DNA of 62,219 nt, filler included, from Choristocarpus tenellus KU-1152 (GCA_964200185.2; 11 parts of 11 records of this genome joined end to end with filler, not necessarily neighbours in it), one strand, 5' to 3'; positions 13,022 to 27,854 are shown, counted from the first letter of the whole stretch. The notes: a model not told the origin generated them from the sequence alone. Translations and numbers: made by a program.

Positions 13022-14219
13022 AACATCCTTCAGAACCACTCTTGTTGGTCTGCCGTCCTTGTCCGTCACCATTAGAACCATATCCCCGGTTTCCTTTGCT
13101 TCCAATTTCACATTGTTTCCGCAGGTGCATGTCCGTTTGGTGCCCCAAGTGCTAAGGAGATCTTCACGATCAGGTGTAAGATGTACGTTTGCTCCCGAGT
13201 CACACAATCTCTCGACTTGTCTTCACTGGAGGAGTTGAACACCGCACTTTTGCTAACCTCCACATCTGCTGTCACCTTGAAAACGGAGAAGGAGTGTGCT
13301 TGGTTCCCGTCGACTCTGTTGCTGCTCCCACCAGGTGGAGTTGGCGGAAATGTACTCGCAGGTGCCATCCCAGGCGGACGTGTTGCAGGTGGCTTAAAGT
13401 TCCATTTAAATATGAATGACACTTCCGTCATTGATGTTTCATCTTCAAGTAGTATGCACATTGGTTTGGTTTGGGGCCGCTTCCAACTGATCCCCCGGTC
13501 TTCCGAGCATGACCGTTCCTTACATTGCCATGCATTGCCAATACCCCACCATGCCCATCTTGTCCTGAGTGAAGGTAAGTTGTCGATGAAATGATTGCCC
13601 GTTTGAGCTCCTCATAGCTAATGTCCGGGCGTGTTATTAATTGAGCGAACACATGTGGCATCGCTTGCTTGGTCCCAAGCAGTATAAATGCCCTCTTCAT
13701 GTTTTCCGATATTGGGTCCTTGAGCTCCTCGAATTCCGCAAAAAGTCGCTCTACCATAAGGACGAAATCGATGCTATCCTGAGATGCCAAGCACCGTAGT
13801 TCTCGGAGTTTCTCCTCGAAAGCGATGACCTGCACGGGGATCTCGTCCTCCGCGCGTCCTTCGTAGACTCTTTCTAGTTCCAACCTGGCCCCTCTGCCGT
13901 CTGGTTAACCCCTGTTTTCGTAACGTGCAATGATTGCCGATGCTGTTTCCTTTGTTGCTTGAATAAGCAGGAACCATAACGCCTTGTTGTTCTTCATATT
14001 CGTGGCATGTGCCGTTGGCACTGCCTCTCCCAAGATGGTGGTGGGTGTTTCAAGAATCTCGTAGTCCCTTGTCGTAATCTCATACAAAAACCCTTTCCAC
14101 CAGCGTGGCCTGTTAATGACAGTCTCCAGGTAGACCAGGTCTCCAATGACCTTCCTGTCACTGCCGTCCAGGAAACAAATTTCTTCAGGTCGGTCTCCAT
14201 ACTACTAAGGCTCATAACA

Positions 14220-14541
14220 TGTGTAATTTACCTTGGGAGGTAATGTTATTTATCAGTAGTAAAGACAAGAAGGTGTGAAGCCTCATATGATCCCCTTTGC
14301 TGAACGTGGAAATAATGGATGGAATTACAAGAGTGACCTTTGTGGGGTGTCTTCCTATTGCTTGTTTTATTGTTATTTTGAGCTTCCTGCATAAGTCCAA
14401 CGGTTATTATGTCAAAGTAGTTGAATGCAGAATAAAAACCCATACATATTCCCATTCATAATCCGGATGTACTATCTCATTAGATACATCTCTCATACAC
14501 AAAATAAGGTAACACCTCTCACTATTGTCTTATTTGGCACA
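14220..14541 (-). repeat. Copia LTR (~322 bp, TGT...ACA) between the PPT and the PBS
   Basis: On the minus strand, PPT gggggag (14542-14548) precedes tgtgcc.... The LTR ends ...ttacaca and is followed by copia-type PBS tgttatgagcc (14209-14219), then gag. Confidence 0.8.
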
Positions 14542-15866
14542 CTCCCCCACGAGAGTGCAGGCAATGAAGGGTTGCTGGAACTCTCAAACCTAAAACGTCT
14601 TATTCTGCACCACACTCCACCATGAGAGTGGAAGTAAAAGAAAATGGTTCAACTCTCACACACATCACATTTATCCTGTCAATGCAGTATAAGAACGCAG
14701 AATTACTTCAACTTTAACACAGTGTGTCCACAAAGTCTTCTACCTGCTTCTTACGTAATCTTTTGGTCAAGATGTCTGCACATTGTAGTTCCGTGGGTCC
14801 CATTCCTTTACTAACAATGCTCTCTGCATAGAAACGCTAGTCCAGTGTGATGCCAGCTTCATCCCGGTTGAAATGCCACCACTGGACTGAATGTGCTGAA
14901 GTAGTCCACCCCTTCTTGGTGGGAAAAAACCCGTGCCACCAGCCCAGCCTCGAACCTTTTCAATGTCTCCATTGGTTGTGTGTTTTATCTTGAATATGAA
15001 CAGATGTCACCTCCAATGCTCATCAAACAGTAGGCTTCATCCATGCTTGCTCTGAGTAGATTAACTATATGCTCTCCCAGTTCCGGGGTATCACCAGAGC
15101 GTAAATCCCTGTAGTCCAACCTGGGTTGTTCAGCTATCCTGGCTGAACTCCGTTGTCCACTAGGTGAACTTGTTGAGTTCTTGCTCGTGGCTGTTGCTTT
15201 ATGATATCGGATCGGCTGCAATATCGAAATCCTGATCAGAGTTGTCTTCAGTATCAGAAATCTCTTCATCATCCGTCAAAGTCATGGTCTCTCTCTCCCC
15301 CACGAAGTCCATGATGTGTTCATCTGGCTCAAACATCATCACTTGGGCTGAGGTCGTCACCAACTTGGCCTCTTGAGGAAGCCAGATGTACCAACACAGT
15401 GATGTACGGTCGTGTCCCATGATTATACCCCGCTTGGCGTATGGGTGAAACTTTGAACCGGCTCCCCTCTGCTGCTTGTCCTGGTGAACATNNNNNNNNN
15501 NNNNNNNNNNNNNNNNNNNNNNNNNNNNNNNNNNNTTAATTAATTAANNNNNNNNNNNNNNNNNNNNNNNNNNNNNNNNNNNNNNNNNNNNCCCAGATAC
15601 TTTGACCCATTGGTGAGTTTGTAGCAGGAGCAACATCACTCTATACCTGCCAGGCACACAAAACATTGCTGGCTACATTTCCCTAGGTCAGGATGAAGGA
15701 TTAATCAAAATTGAGTTGGGAAGTACTTGAGATATACCACATACCAAAAAGCAATGGATACTCAACACTGCCACTATCTCCTATCCCGACCAAAGGCACT
15801 TGCAACATTTCCACCTTTTCATTCTCACAGAATCCAACCCTAGCTCTAATTGTTACTCTGACTAAC

Positions 15867-18800
15867 CTGTACAAGATACTTTCCCTTGGCCGTGTTCTCC
15901 TCCTTGGTGTAAGGAGGGTTGATAATGCTCTTCTGCTTCCACAGGACAATCCCAAATAGCAGTGGTACACCAAACGGATCTAACAATAATAACAATCCGA
16001 GTAGAGGAGGCAACAGAGAACCATCATTTTTGCCGTTCAGGTTAAGGTAAGAAATAAAATGGGAGGTAGGGGATGATGTATACTGTTGACTATTGATGGT
16101 GAACGGATGACACAGAAATGCGTAATAACCAACAATCAACTATGATCCCCCTGATTACACTTCAACTTCCAAATGTATCAATGCACAAACATTATCCTAG
16201 GAGGAAGATCAGTCAATGAGGCGATGATATATTTTACTTCAATACATTAGTGCAATAAAGACGCAAAAGAATATACTTCAGAGAGCCAAACTAATTTAGA
16301 GGCGGCGGTCAGGGTTCCATTCCAAGGATCTCGAGAATGCAAAAATATGCCATACCGTATAATTGCAGAAAGAGTCATTGCTTATAATTGTGGTGTCACG
16401 TCTTGTGTGTAGAAAGGGGGAATATCAACTTTGTTTACACTGTTGTGCACATAAAAGCGATGAAGCAATGTGTATTGCACAGGGTAAGAAAGACGACTTA
16501 GAATGCAAAAGGGTTCAAACCTGCCTACCTCTCAATTGATTCGGCTCGGAATACTCTTATGATAAAGGAGAACAACAAGAGCTTCATTGTAGCACACCCA
16601 AAAAACATAGCACTTCTCAGTCTAGCATTGGTTCGAACAATCTGCAGGGCAGACTACGGTAAAAAGAAATGCACTGACAAAAAGTATAAAAGATTCATTC
16701 ACATTCTTAAGGGTCAGGCAAAAAAACTATTCCGAAGTTGCCTTAATTTCTCAGTGAAGTTTGACTAGGTCTACAAAAAGTGATTTCTGTCAGAAGAGTT
16801 TTATGTAAGCACACCAATTTTCCACACTTGATTGGCCCACAAACTGTTTGAACTGAACAGAGGACATAATAATGCTGGAGAACCCGCAATAATAATATCA
16901 ATGCAGTAAACCGATACTCTCTGGAGAAAATAGATACTAGACCTTGCTTGATTACCACCCAACTGTCAAGTAGGACGAATAGGAGACACACCATGATTGT
17001 AGCAATTCACAAAGGAAGATCATGAAACCAGCGTAGACCTTGTAAGCTCGATGTTCTTCAGTTTCACAGCGGATGCTGAAGTCTGCCCTCAAGTAGCTCT
17101 CATACTCACCTGATTCCTTAGAGATGTCCTCACACACGAACGTCTGGAATACCTACACTCATCATCAGCAAATTGTTGGTGCAAAAGTGTGTGTTTTAGG
17201 CCAGTACCAGAGTCAGGAAAGGGGGAGGGGTTACAGACAGTATACAGCCTATTTGGTTTCCTCCAAATAGCAATCTGATAACCAAGTAGCAGCTTCACTT
17301 TAGTGTAATATGCAAAATGATGTGAACCTGCTGTGCTGAGAAATCATGTCGAAAGGGAGAGAGACACAAATGCTCACAGAAAAGATGAAAAACGCACCAC
17401 TAAATCGTCCATCCTCTCAAAAATGTATGCATATATACATACATACATCAAACCTAAAAATACTACTTTTTGGTACAGTAAAAATATCCCCAAATCTTGC
17501 ACAGAAACATAGAAAAAATAATGGGGGTAAGGCGAGGGTGTGTGTCACATAGCTGTCTAACTCACGATTGTGGAAACCTGAGTGTAAATGAGGTAGATCA
17601 AAATCAAGAGGACCGTAGCGTGCCGAGCAAACAGTGACCACATCCTCCTCTGGAGAGTCAGAGATCAAAGAGAGGAAAGGAAAGAACGGGGAGGACAAGG
17701 TGGACATTGTCATTCTCGAATGGATGGCCAATTCATCCTAGCACACACATCATGCATCCCGCAAATATACCATAGGAACAAAACAGGGGGTAATGTAGGA
17801 GTTCACGAGTCCCTCGACATCTATCAGAGCCTACATAAAATATTCCCTGTCTCTGCCTAGAAGAAAAAAAATCCACTCGCTCAAAACCCCAACACGTTTT
17901 GGCAAATTAATGATGATATGGTAATGATTACGTGATGATGACCCATTGCAGTAGATGGGTTGACTCCTACCTTTTCTGTCTCCCAGACCCTACCAGGTCC
18001 GTCTTTGATGACCCGCAGCACACTGGTGCTCCTTCGGATACCTTGAACGGACTGGTTTCTCCTGGTTATGGTTGCCTCCGATCTGGTGCTAGATTCACCT
18101 TCTTGTTCGATATATATATTGTGATAATTTCGAAGGAACAACTTCAAAAAGTCGAACATTATAAAATAGAATAAACTCAATGGAAAGGTAGAACCTCCCC
18201 CTGGGAAAACACCTCCCGCACGGGTGGAAATGCCATGTATCAACCTGTCTTGAAAATTGTGAAAGCTCTAATCTAGTCAATAACTGAGTACAGAGACTAA
18301 CGAGGAACGGCCCCAACTCTACAAAAAATGTATATAGATAAATATATATTGAAAATACTGACGAGTGCATATTGATACTGGAATACTACATTGCAGCTCT
18401 CCAATACTTCTACTGAAAGTATATACATATATACATGAACCTGAAAACGTCCTACCTGGGACTGAGACACAGATTAATCTCAACGGCAAACTGGACTCCT
18501 GTATTGAGTTGGCCCCCAGATGGTAGGTAAGGGTCATCAATCCCAAGATGATCAACGGCGCAATAGTAGCGATGCTGACAACACAATAATAAAAAAGAGA
18601 CGATTCTAAGTAGAATATACAACAATGGAAAAGAATTCAGAGGGAGGCCAAGTTTTTCATTGTCACAAGGTACACTGTAGGCTATGATAATCTTCAGGCT
18701 ATGATACTGGGTTGGTTATGGGACAAGGATGTGTTCTCTAAGGACCCTGCCGTTGAAGCTCCAGCAAGACGAACAGTGTTGAAATTGTTTTTGCTAGAGA

Positions 18801-21800
18801 ATGGGCGGTCGATTCATGAAGGGGTAGAAGAGATAGAGTTGGGATACACGGAATATCGAAAAAAGAGCACAAAACATTGCCAGTCGCAACCTACAATTGC
18901 TTTGGGTAACACACTATAAGTAAGATTCAGGGATTATCAAACCCTATCAGTACAATGATTCCCCACAACGTGCAATGATTCCATGCCAATGCAGCAATAG
19001 CGGATCTGCAACTACTCTCCATCATCTCCGGTGTCGTCTAATACTCTGTCTCTGTATACAATGTATCTCACAGAAGCTTGTTGTAGAAATTGATGCTCTG
19101 CATCAGACATGTAGCTGAGAAAACCCAGCCCAAGTCGAAGTTGATGAGGCTGATCACCGACAAATATTTCTCAAAGATAGGCGGGAAGGACACCTGCGTG
19201 ATTTCTGCAAACTGCAGGCGTTTGTTGAAGCAGCATATGTGGTAAAATGGAGAAAAGGTTTAACGGGGGGGCGGCAGCCAGGAGGGTTCGTTTTATCGAT
19301 GAACTTTGTGTGATTGTGTAAGCCTGTCTTCAAAAACCTTAATTGCCGTTTCCACCTGAGACGACAGTTCGTTTTGTTTTCTTGACAAAAAAATAAAACT
19401 CACAGGTTTGAGACATGCAAAGAAAGAGGCAATACACAATACAATACACAAGGAATTTGATTAAGAAAAATACATGCATGTAAACTCTATGACTATCACA
19501 TAGCCCTATCAATCGTACATGGTAAAATAAAAGAATAAATCTCTAAAGCAAAGATGCGACAAGAGAGGACACATGCAGGTACCAACAAAGCACAACATTA
19601 CTCTATAGCAAAACTACTGTCTATTCTATTCAAGCAAGGGTGGGGTTCTCCAAGCAAATCATCCTCCCAAATACACAGCGTCAAAAACATACCTGAGAAG
19701 TGATCTGCCAGACCACTGCCATTAATTGTCAAGGAAAGGTGCAGGAAGAAGGTGCAGGACACAAAAACACAACGCCCACAGTGGTTAATAAGCAGGCGGC
19801 AGTAAAAATGTCGAGGGGATTGGCTAGGGGATATCCAAGTCATCAATTAGTATATTTCAGAGATGCCAGCAAAGAGGGAGGACGGGGAAGAGAAGAGGAT
19901 AAGGGGGGCGTAAGAATCAGCTTTGTGGTGTATATACGAAAGGAATTGCAATACTGGTCCATATATATAGGGTCAGTTATAATAGCCTGCACAAAAAAAC
20001 AATACAATACAATACACAACCAGTCAATATTGTGGTGTGTGAGTAGGTGGGTGATTTGGCAGAGCATCATCACTTTGTATCAATTCATATCACTTTGTGT
20101 AAGGACACACTGCACCCTCACCCAACCTATATTCCCACCCATTCACTGACTCTCCTTTCCCTTTCATGTACATGCACACCCACAAACGAAGCCCAACCTA
20201 ATTCAACAGCAGGAGCAGGAGCATCCCTCTCCACTGTACTTGTTCCTCCATCTGTACTGTACTCTCACAACCATTCGCCTTATCCCTAATGCTCACCAAT
20301 GACGATCTTGATCTTCTGAAAGGGAACTTTCGTCAGGAAGGCTTGCACCCTGGACGTGGAACCCCTCGAATGTTCGCCCTCATCAGTGAGCCTAGTACCA
20401 GCAGTGTTAGATGTAGTTTGGGGAGGATGCAAGTAAAACTTGGGAAGAGAACTGCTGACAGTCCCTACGGACATGGAGGTGGAATCTCCAATGGTGGACT
20501 GGTCCGACATTTCTGCTGGCATATCAGCTGTATCCTTTCCAACAGGGCCCTTTTCAACAGGTCCAGTGGCGGCTTCTCTAGAAACCTTGCTACTATTGAC
20601 GTACAGGACTGATGTTGTCCGCTTGATCTGTGCATAAGTGGTATCTATTGTAGATACCACTCTCGTGCCACCACTTCTCTGATTCATCAGGACACGAACC
20701 GGGGGACACAATTAGGTTTGTTGTTGTTGAAGGTACTGCAATCAGGAAGGATGAGGGGTTAGGGTAGGATCAGAATTTTTTCCACAAACAAGGTATGTTA
20801 CCTGTGTGGTCTGGCTAAGGAGGAGGGGGGACTAGGGGCGGGGGGGGTCAGCAGGTGAAATAAACTAGTTCAATTGTTCTTTTATCTTTGCCACTCACGA
20901 GGTACACTCCCAGAAGGTACAGGGCGGCGAGAATCACGAGAGATAACACTGCAAGGAGGAAGTACATACCACCCTTGAAGTCATTCGAGCACTTGTGACA
21001 TGTCAGACCCGCCCCCTGTCCGTAGTTGGATTCACACACAGCACAAACTGCCCCGCACAGACCAGCAATAAACATGTGCACACATAGTAAACGTTGAAAC
21101 AATAATAAAATATGTGAAATGTGAACGTGTAGGGTGAGCATGAAAACAGCATTCGACCACTTGTTTGCATCCCGAGTACATTTGTACCCTACCAATACTG
21201 ACATTACTAGACATTATCGTCGTAGTATTTACAACAATACTACTACTGTTGATTAGTTCATAAAATATTAAGAAAGCACTCTTATATTTTGGACATCAGG
21301 TAGATACATTTTACATGAACATGCTAGACGTAAAAATGTGGTGCATCCGACAATACAGCAGAATGTGTTTATCTTTATTCAACTCTATGTACATTATGCA
21401 TATATATATATATGTATGTATTGTTTATGAATCCATGCATTTACTTTGTATCCGTGCATTCACAGTATAGGACACGTCACGTGCACACCACAGGTGCATT
21501 ATACCTCCACACATCAAACTAAGATCAATGGTTATCGAGATGAAGGGACTGTTATAATTTATAGACATCATTTGTTTTAGAGGAGTATGCAGTATTGACT
21601 GAAGTGTTGTGAGGAAGTGCCAACACCAAAGAACTACAGCAAAGAAATAGGCATGGAGTAAAATCAGTACCACTTACAAATGGTAATTCCAACGAATCAG
21701 AAGCAAGAAAGAGGGGTTTATTTCCAAGTGCATAAGAAAAGTCTCTAATTGGACTCGTACTGGATCAAATGTCAATATTATGTGTAATTGTAATCAAACT

Positions 21801-24800
21801 TCCCCACTAAGCAAATAAAAGTAATAAAAAAAAGGCCTGATATGTCACCAACAAGGGGATAGGGCGTCACTCCCAATCTCCCTGATCTTATACAAACACA
21901 TAATCTCTTGATATCAGGAGCTTACCAAGCGTACCTCCCACCCTGCATCACAGCTATAATTCGATGTCCTTCTATCATCCCGTTCTAACCACCTCTTAAT
22001 CCCCCATAACACCATTTGACAATAATGTACGATATGTGCAAATACACAAGAGAGACACAATGATGGGATGGGGAAACAGAGTCTCACAAGGTCCGCTGTA
22101 TCCTACTGCGCAGTAGTCCTCAGCAGATGTAATAATTGTGTTTCCAATGCAGGCCTCCTGTTATCATACATAGTAGATCAGGAAAAAGCACAGCCACAAG
22201 TCGAAAAAGGGACCGCTTAGGGCGGGGTGGTGCTGTCTCTCATTGATTTAAATATCTCAAAGGCATGCCATGCACCTACTATTGTCCCACAAAACAAGGG
22301 GGAGAAACAGGCAAGACTATTATTTGGATCATGACCATACTAAAACAGGTATGATGGACTGTTGAGTATTCCATTATGCATAATTGTGCTTTTGAAGGAG
22401 AATTTACGAGCAAGAAGGTCAAGACTTCCCTCGTTGGTTGGATAATATACACGACAGAAGAGAATGGACAGGTGGACTGGCAGACTTCAATTGGCAAGAC
22501 AACACACCAATTACTACCTCAAAGGAAAAAACTTGCAAGCATAAGTCAAAGTGGATACATATACAGAGGTCTGCAGCTCTATCGCTAGTACTAATACATC
22601 ATACTACAACGAAGTGTGTAACTGTGGTGCTCACCTTCACAAAGCACTCCCTCACCACCAATGACTCATTGCTAGACCTCCAGAACCCACTTCTTATTGG
22701 CAGTGATGCCACAGTCGAACCTGGTTCACTGCAATCCAATCCCTAAAATGAGAGAAAGGGTAAATCCCCGTCAAAAAACAAGGAATAAAAACAAATATTT
22801 ACCAGGAGCGATGTAGCATGGTATATATGACTTGAGGTGTAGGAGCAGGAAAAAATGGGCAGAGAATGGGCTTTGGCAAACACCAAGGACTGACAATTGT
22901 ACAGGTGTGTTCTGGTTTAACTCGGGATGTGGATACAGGAGGGGGGGGGGTACACTACGGGTGATGTGTGTAGAATGGTTGCCTCCCAATTGCACTGCAG
23001 GGAAAACGAATTGCAAGAGTCTATAGCCTACCTATACAAACCAGTACTTCAACATACTGATTAAATACTTGATAGGATCGTGTAGAGGGACCATTGACCT
23101 GCGTCAAGCTGTGCAAAGGCATCTAAAGTCATTTATCAAGCACTCTAGTATAACAATAAAGCACAGTCAGGATATTAAAAAAAAAATGAAAGTGATCACA
23201 TGTTGCGGTAATTTCCCTTCATTCTGCACCAGCCATCCCTGCACCCAGCACACACACACACACATGTATTACACGCAAATGTATATGTCCAACTAATATG
23301 CACAAAGGTCTCACCTCCAAAATTATCTGATCCAAGATCCAGGCAACTCTTGCATATTGTACCATCCCAGTACTCCTTCTTCTCACAATGGTAATGCAAT
23401 GTCTGTAAAGTAAATGCCCCCGGGTTCCCCTCCTCTACTGCCACACTTGTAGCAGCATCCACGCCAGAGCCTCCATCAGAAACCGAAATGGTCCCCACAT
23501 TCCCACCATCAGTACCATTCCAGGTCACAAAGGTCGTCTCAGACCCACCGTCTATGGAAGAGTTGCCTGTGACTCTGATCTTCATGCTGCAGGCACAACA
23601 AATGCGGGGATAACACAGTGGCCACAGTCAAGCAAATATTACGGATGAGTTCGTGGATTGAGGTGCAATTTTGGGGGGAATCTACAAACAAGGGGAAGAG
23701 TGAAGAGTTGGCGACAGGTGTGCCAGTGAGTAGTGGTTGACAATTACTACTAGTAAGTAATAGTAGTGGATTGATACCTGTTCACCTATTGCTTCGATTT
23801 ATGTGCCCATTGACTTTTGCTTGATGTCGACTGCCTTCTGGCAGCGTGTGTCCTATGTGACACAACTGCTTATGGTTTCTCACATGTGCTCATAGCGTTC
23901 CTGCCATGTACACACATGGTCGCATATATATTAACCATTTTACTATTTTCAAGTAATAAACTGTACATAAAACATCAACCTGTGTCCAGGTAAAAAAATT
24001 GTCTCATAGTACTACAGGACATCATTGACAAATCACAACACATAACAACCTCTTCTCCTCCACCCCAACCTCATCAACAAAAGAAACATAATACCTCTAC
24101 TGCAGGTGTATGTGAAAGTTTGTGTGTGTAAAAGGGGTCCCACACACTAGAACTATGGATACAACCTCCTGAGGTGCATATTGAGGAGGGGGGGAGGACG
24201 TACTATAAACAAGTTGTTATTGAGACTGAGCCAGGCAAATTGGCATGGCACAAAGCTTGCCAATCGCAGTTCATGACAAAATCGTTGTTTCAGGTGGTAT
24301 CCTTACTCTAATTAAGGCTAGGGTAAGGATTGTTGCACCTTACTTTACAGCGCAATAAAGCAATCTGTAGTGTTCACTACACTATGTCTCTCTCTAGTGA
24401 TTTTGAGCCCAGGTGAAGGGGGGGCGCTCCGCAATTCTAGCGCATGGGGATCCTTGGTGTGTGTTGTGTGCGCGTGTGTGAGCAAATGTGATTTTCACCT
24501 TTCCCCTGGTCGCAGGAGTCCAGTGTCGGGAAATATACTCCAAGTTACAAGGTCAGAAGCAGAAACCGCAACAGACCACAATGCTGGCGTAGTTCCCAAT
24601 GCCCCAGCCGTCACTAACAAATCGGTCGATAATGACTCTGGGTAAAAGGCTTCTACTTTTCCAGTACTAAACGCTGTCAAGTTTAGAAGACCAGGGCTGT
24701 CAACACATACCTGGGAGGAGGCAGAGAAGGGAGTTAGGCGGAAGATGGGGGAGGGAGGGAATGTCACGAAGGTGTGCTCAGGTCGCACGAGTTCTCCTGT

Positions 24801-27544
24801 CCCAACCCTAATACATTACATACTACTAAGCACACGGTATTACACACATACATGTATATACATCATATCAACAAAGTGTGGGCCTAGTAAAGGTCCAACA
24901 AGACAGGAATGGCTAACAACTGAAACTCACATAAGCACCCTCTTGACCCTGATATCCCTCTAAGACTACCCTTACCTCCTCTCCCTCTGGTACAGTGCCC
25001 CCACTATAGCAGCCACAATAAACGCCAATATCACCCTCCATACAAACTGATCCACTGCAAAGAGAGCCCCCACCCTCAAACGGCCATGGATCAATGCAAC
25101 TAAGGTGGTGGTTCCAGAACGTGGCACCAGCACCTTCCTCAACCCCCTCTTCAAGAGGTCCTTTGTCTGTACCAAGCCAAAGAGTCAGGGGTGTATGAAC
25201 AGGTGGGCTCAGTCAACACAATGTATTAATGTAACGTAAAATCACTATGTACCGATAGTAGGATATGTGAGCTTCCACATACACAAGCAAGTGCCATGAA
25301 GACTGGCTTCTTCCTGAACAAACATCGTTTGGAATTGTAACACAAAAACGAAGATGTGCTCTGTAGAAAATGTATATAGACTAAATTTTAATGGGCATAC
25401 ACATATTGTACACCCAATTTCTGAATAATAACAAAGATGCAAATGCAACTTGGTAATGCTGCGAACTGTGATGGTTCAACCGGCTTCAGGTCACTTAATT
25501 GGAATAACCGAATAACTGGGCTAAACAACTTGGATTATTCAACTGTTTTTGATAACAATACAACCAGGACTATGACTAATTGAACAAGTTAGAGGTCACA
25601 GAACAACATACTTTCATATTCATCACAAGGTGAAACTACCCACAACTCACTACACATTTCCCTCCCCGCCTCCTGAGACTCGTGGAGGGCTTAGAGGTTT
25701 TCATCTCGTGTATTTACGATTCAATCAGATGAAGCGAAGTTGTCATACCTGACTTAATTTAATTTGAAAAAAGCTTCTGGTTCGGAACACTGCAAGTTGG
25801 GTATTGTTGAGTGTACCATGACAGGAGTTTCTAGCTGACCTCAAACACTAGCTGAAACCCTTCTCCAAATATCCCAAATACTCACAGTTGGCATATCCCA
25901 GGAATGTGTTGCGTATAACCGATTGGGCTTGATCAGGGGTGAAAACCAGGGCAGGAGCAGTGGACTGACTGAAGTCACAAGAGTCGAGAATCAGACCACC
26001 CTCATTGAAGACCACGGCCTTATAGTCAGGGTATAGAGATAAAAAAACAATCACATTATGGCAGAAGACTAGGGGTGTTAGTGTTGAGGTGGACATAGTT
26101 ACAGGGGATAGGGTCAGGGCTCATCAGTGGGCTTTGGTTTGTTGTGAACGATGATCAAATAGTCAACTGTTTCCATCTTTACTATGTATTCCAGTACAAT
26201 GCAGAGGTTCGTATTCAACTCCTGCTTTCTCATGGATCACACAAATATTCCAGTAGTGCAATCACTCATGAGAACTACTCTCTCATGTACCATGATGTAA
26301 TGTGTTGCACAAGAAAATGTCAGATATCACCCTTTTCCCTCTGAAGTACCTAGCAAATGGAAACAGCAACAAGTCTGTGTGAAAGACAACCTGTGTGAAA
26401 GACAACCTGTGTGAAAGACAACCCAATCCCTAACGCTTCCCGCACAAGACACAATCCTCATGAAAACAAGTGCCACATCACATTTTGTATGAAAAAAATG
26501 CTGGGTTCGTTTCGCAACCTGAGGACCCACCACAACAAGGAGCGCTCCAAAGAACCGTCAAGAAACACATCACTCTTTAAACAGCACACCAAGCACTGAG
26601 TATTTCGTATATTTCTCTGTATCTGCATGTGTCTATGTATGGAAACTCGTGAGTAGTACCACTTTGAGCAGACTGAAATCCTTCGATAACAAGTTAACGA
26701 TGAAAACTACTGTGAGCACCTACTCTCATATTGTTTCACATATAGCATACCAACATTCAAACTGTTGGCACCTCTCCCCTACCACCCCCACCCCCCCTCT
26801 ACGAATTTATTTGTTATAGAAAATTCCTACTGGATTCAACATACACATACCTAATGCTCCAATTCAACTTCCAGCAATGATAAAAACGCCCTTAAGGAAT
26901 AAAACGTATACAAAAAGAGAACCAGTTCATTGCAGGCCCACTGGTCGCACGGGTGGTGTGGGTAGTGTGTGGAGGCCACCCTATTTAGTCCCACCTATTT
27001 CACTACAACTATAGAGTGTTGGGACTTGCATCGGACAGTATTGAACTGGAGCTCCAAGTCCACGGTCAGGGCAACCCATACAAACAGAAAAATCGTACTG
27101 GCACCAATAAATCAGATGGGGATCCAGGTCTAGGTGCGACCCACAGAAACAGAAAAAAATGTAGTAGCATTTACATAGATAAGTCAGGTGGGGATCCAGG
27201 CCTAGTCAAGTTAACTCTACCTCCAGGAGGTTTACAAGGGAAGCACCAGCAAGACCTGTACCTGTGGTCACATAAATCAAACAAACCTTCGTATTCCCAC
27301 CCAATTATTTACTGGCTGCAACGTCATTTACCAGTCCATCCTAACCTGGTGTCAATATTCAATAACTCTACAAGATTCAGGAAAATCAATACACTTAATT
27401 TTTCTGATAGGTTCAGGTTCTAGTCGATTCACTGACCTCTCCAACAAAACCTACAAAGTTGGTGTTCCCCGCGACAACAGTGGAATCCTTGTCTGCCTGT
27501 ATGGCAGAAAGGTCTTCCGATGCTGTCAAATCGGTAAATGTCAC
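15867..27544 (-). CDS. Large spliced gene, partial at both ends: extracellular beta-helix-like and Cys-rich domains plus a multi-pass TM region (stramenopile adhesin/Pmp-like membrane protein family)
   Basis: Exons read in order: VTFTDLTASEDL.. (27544); AVVFNEGGLILDSCDFS (~26018); ..CSGSVCMEGDIGVYCGC (~25000-25165); VCVDSPG..LLRPGE (~24500-24710); ..HCEKKEYWDGTICKSC (~23315-23586); GLDCSEPG..GFWRSS..REC (~22635-22742); EACIG..YCAVGYSGP; CAVCESNYG..CHKC + TM; ..KIKIVI; VVWQITSQ (~19693-19715); FAEITQVSFPPIFEKYL..FYNKLL; FARHATVLLILIYLIYTQVSTI; VFQTFVCEDI..YLRADFSIRC; YPFGVPLLFGIVLW (to 15867). One phase junction near 23310/22742 is unresolved. Confidence 0.85.
26375..26422. repeat. Intronic minisatellite, 16-bp unit x3
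   Basis: ctgtgtgaaagacaac repeated exactly three times. Confidence 0.9.
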
Positions 27545-27854
27545 CTGCCAACAGGGGAAGGTGTAAGGGCCAACCTTGATTCGTCTTAATCTGGGGAGGG
27601 GAACTGAAGAGCTCGCGGCTTTGTTTCTATTCTTTCGGTTCATTGATGCATCATTAGATATTTTCATTATATGCAGTGAGTGGTACACAGCAACGTTTAT
27701 ACTTTTTAAAATGTACCAGAAACTGAGATGCGTATATGAAGGGTAGAGTGAACTGCTTGATATATACACATACTTGTAGTAGTGTATGTACACATTAAGG
27801 CATGGGGATGTAAACAGCATGACACTACGCTAAACTGGAGCACATACTTCACAT

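Larger units (their letters stand above)
11843..15491 (-). mobile_element. Degenerate, internally deleted Ty1/copia LTR retrotransposon, circularly permuted in this contig
   Basis: gag at ~13428-14215; protease motif CDSGANVHLT (~13200); integrase (IRGDGAG, PPRTPQSNGIA, YDRLRTWGSECYVH; ORF 11787-12419); RT N-terminal remnant FKIKHTTNGDIEK..GVDYFSTFSPVV (~14880-15000); RNase H end PTELQCADILTK (~14765-14800). Frameshifts and stops throughout. Confidence 0.92.
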
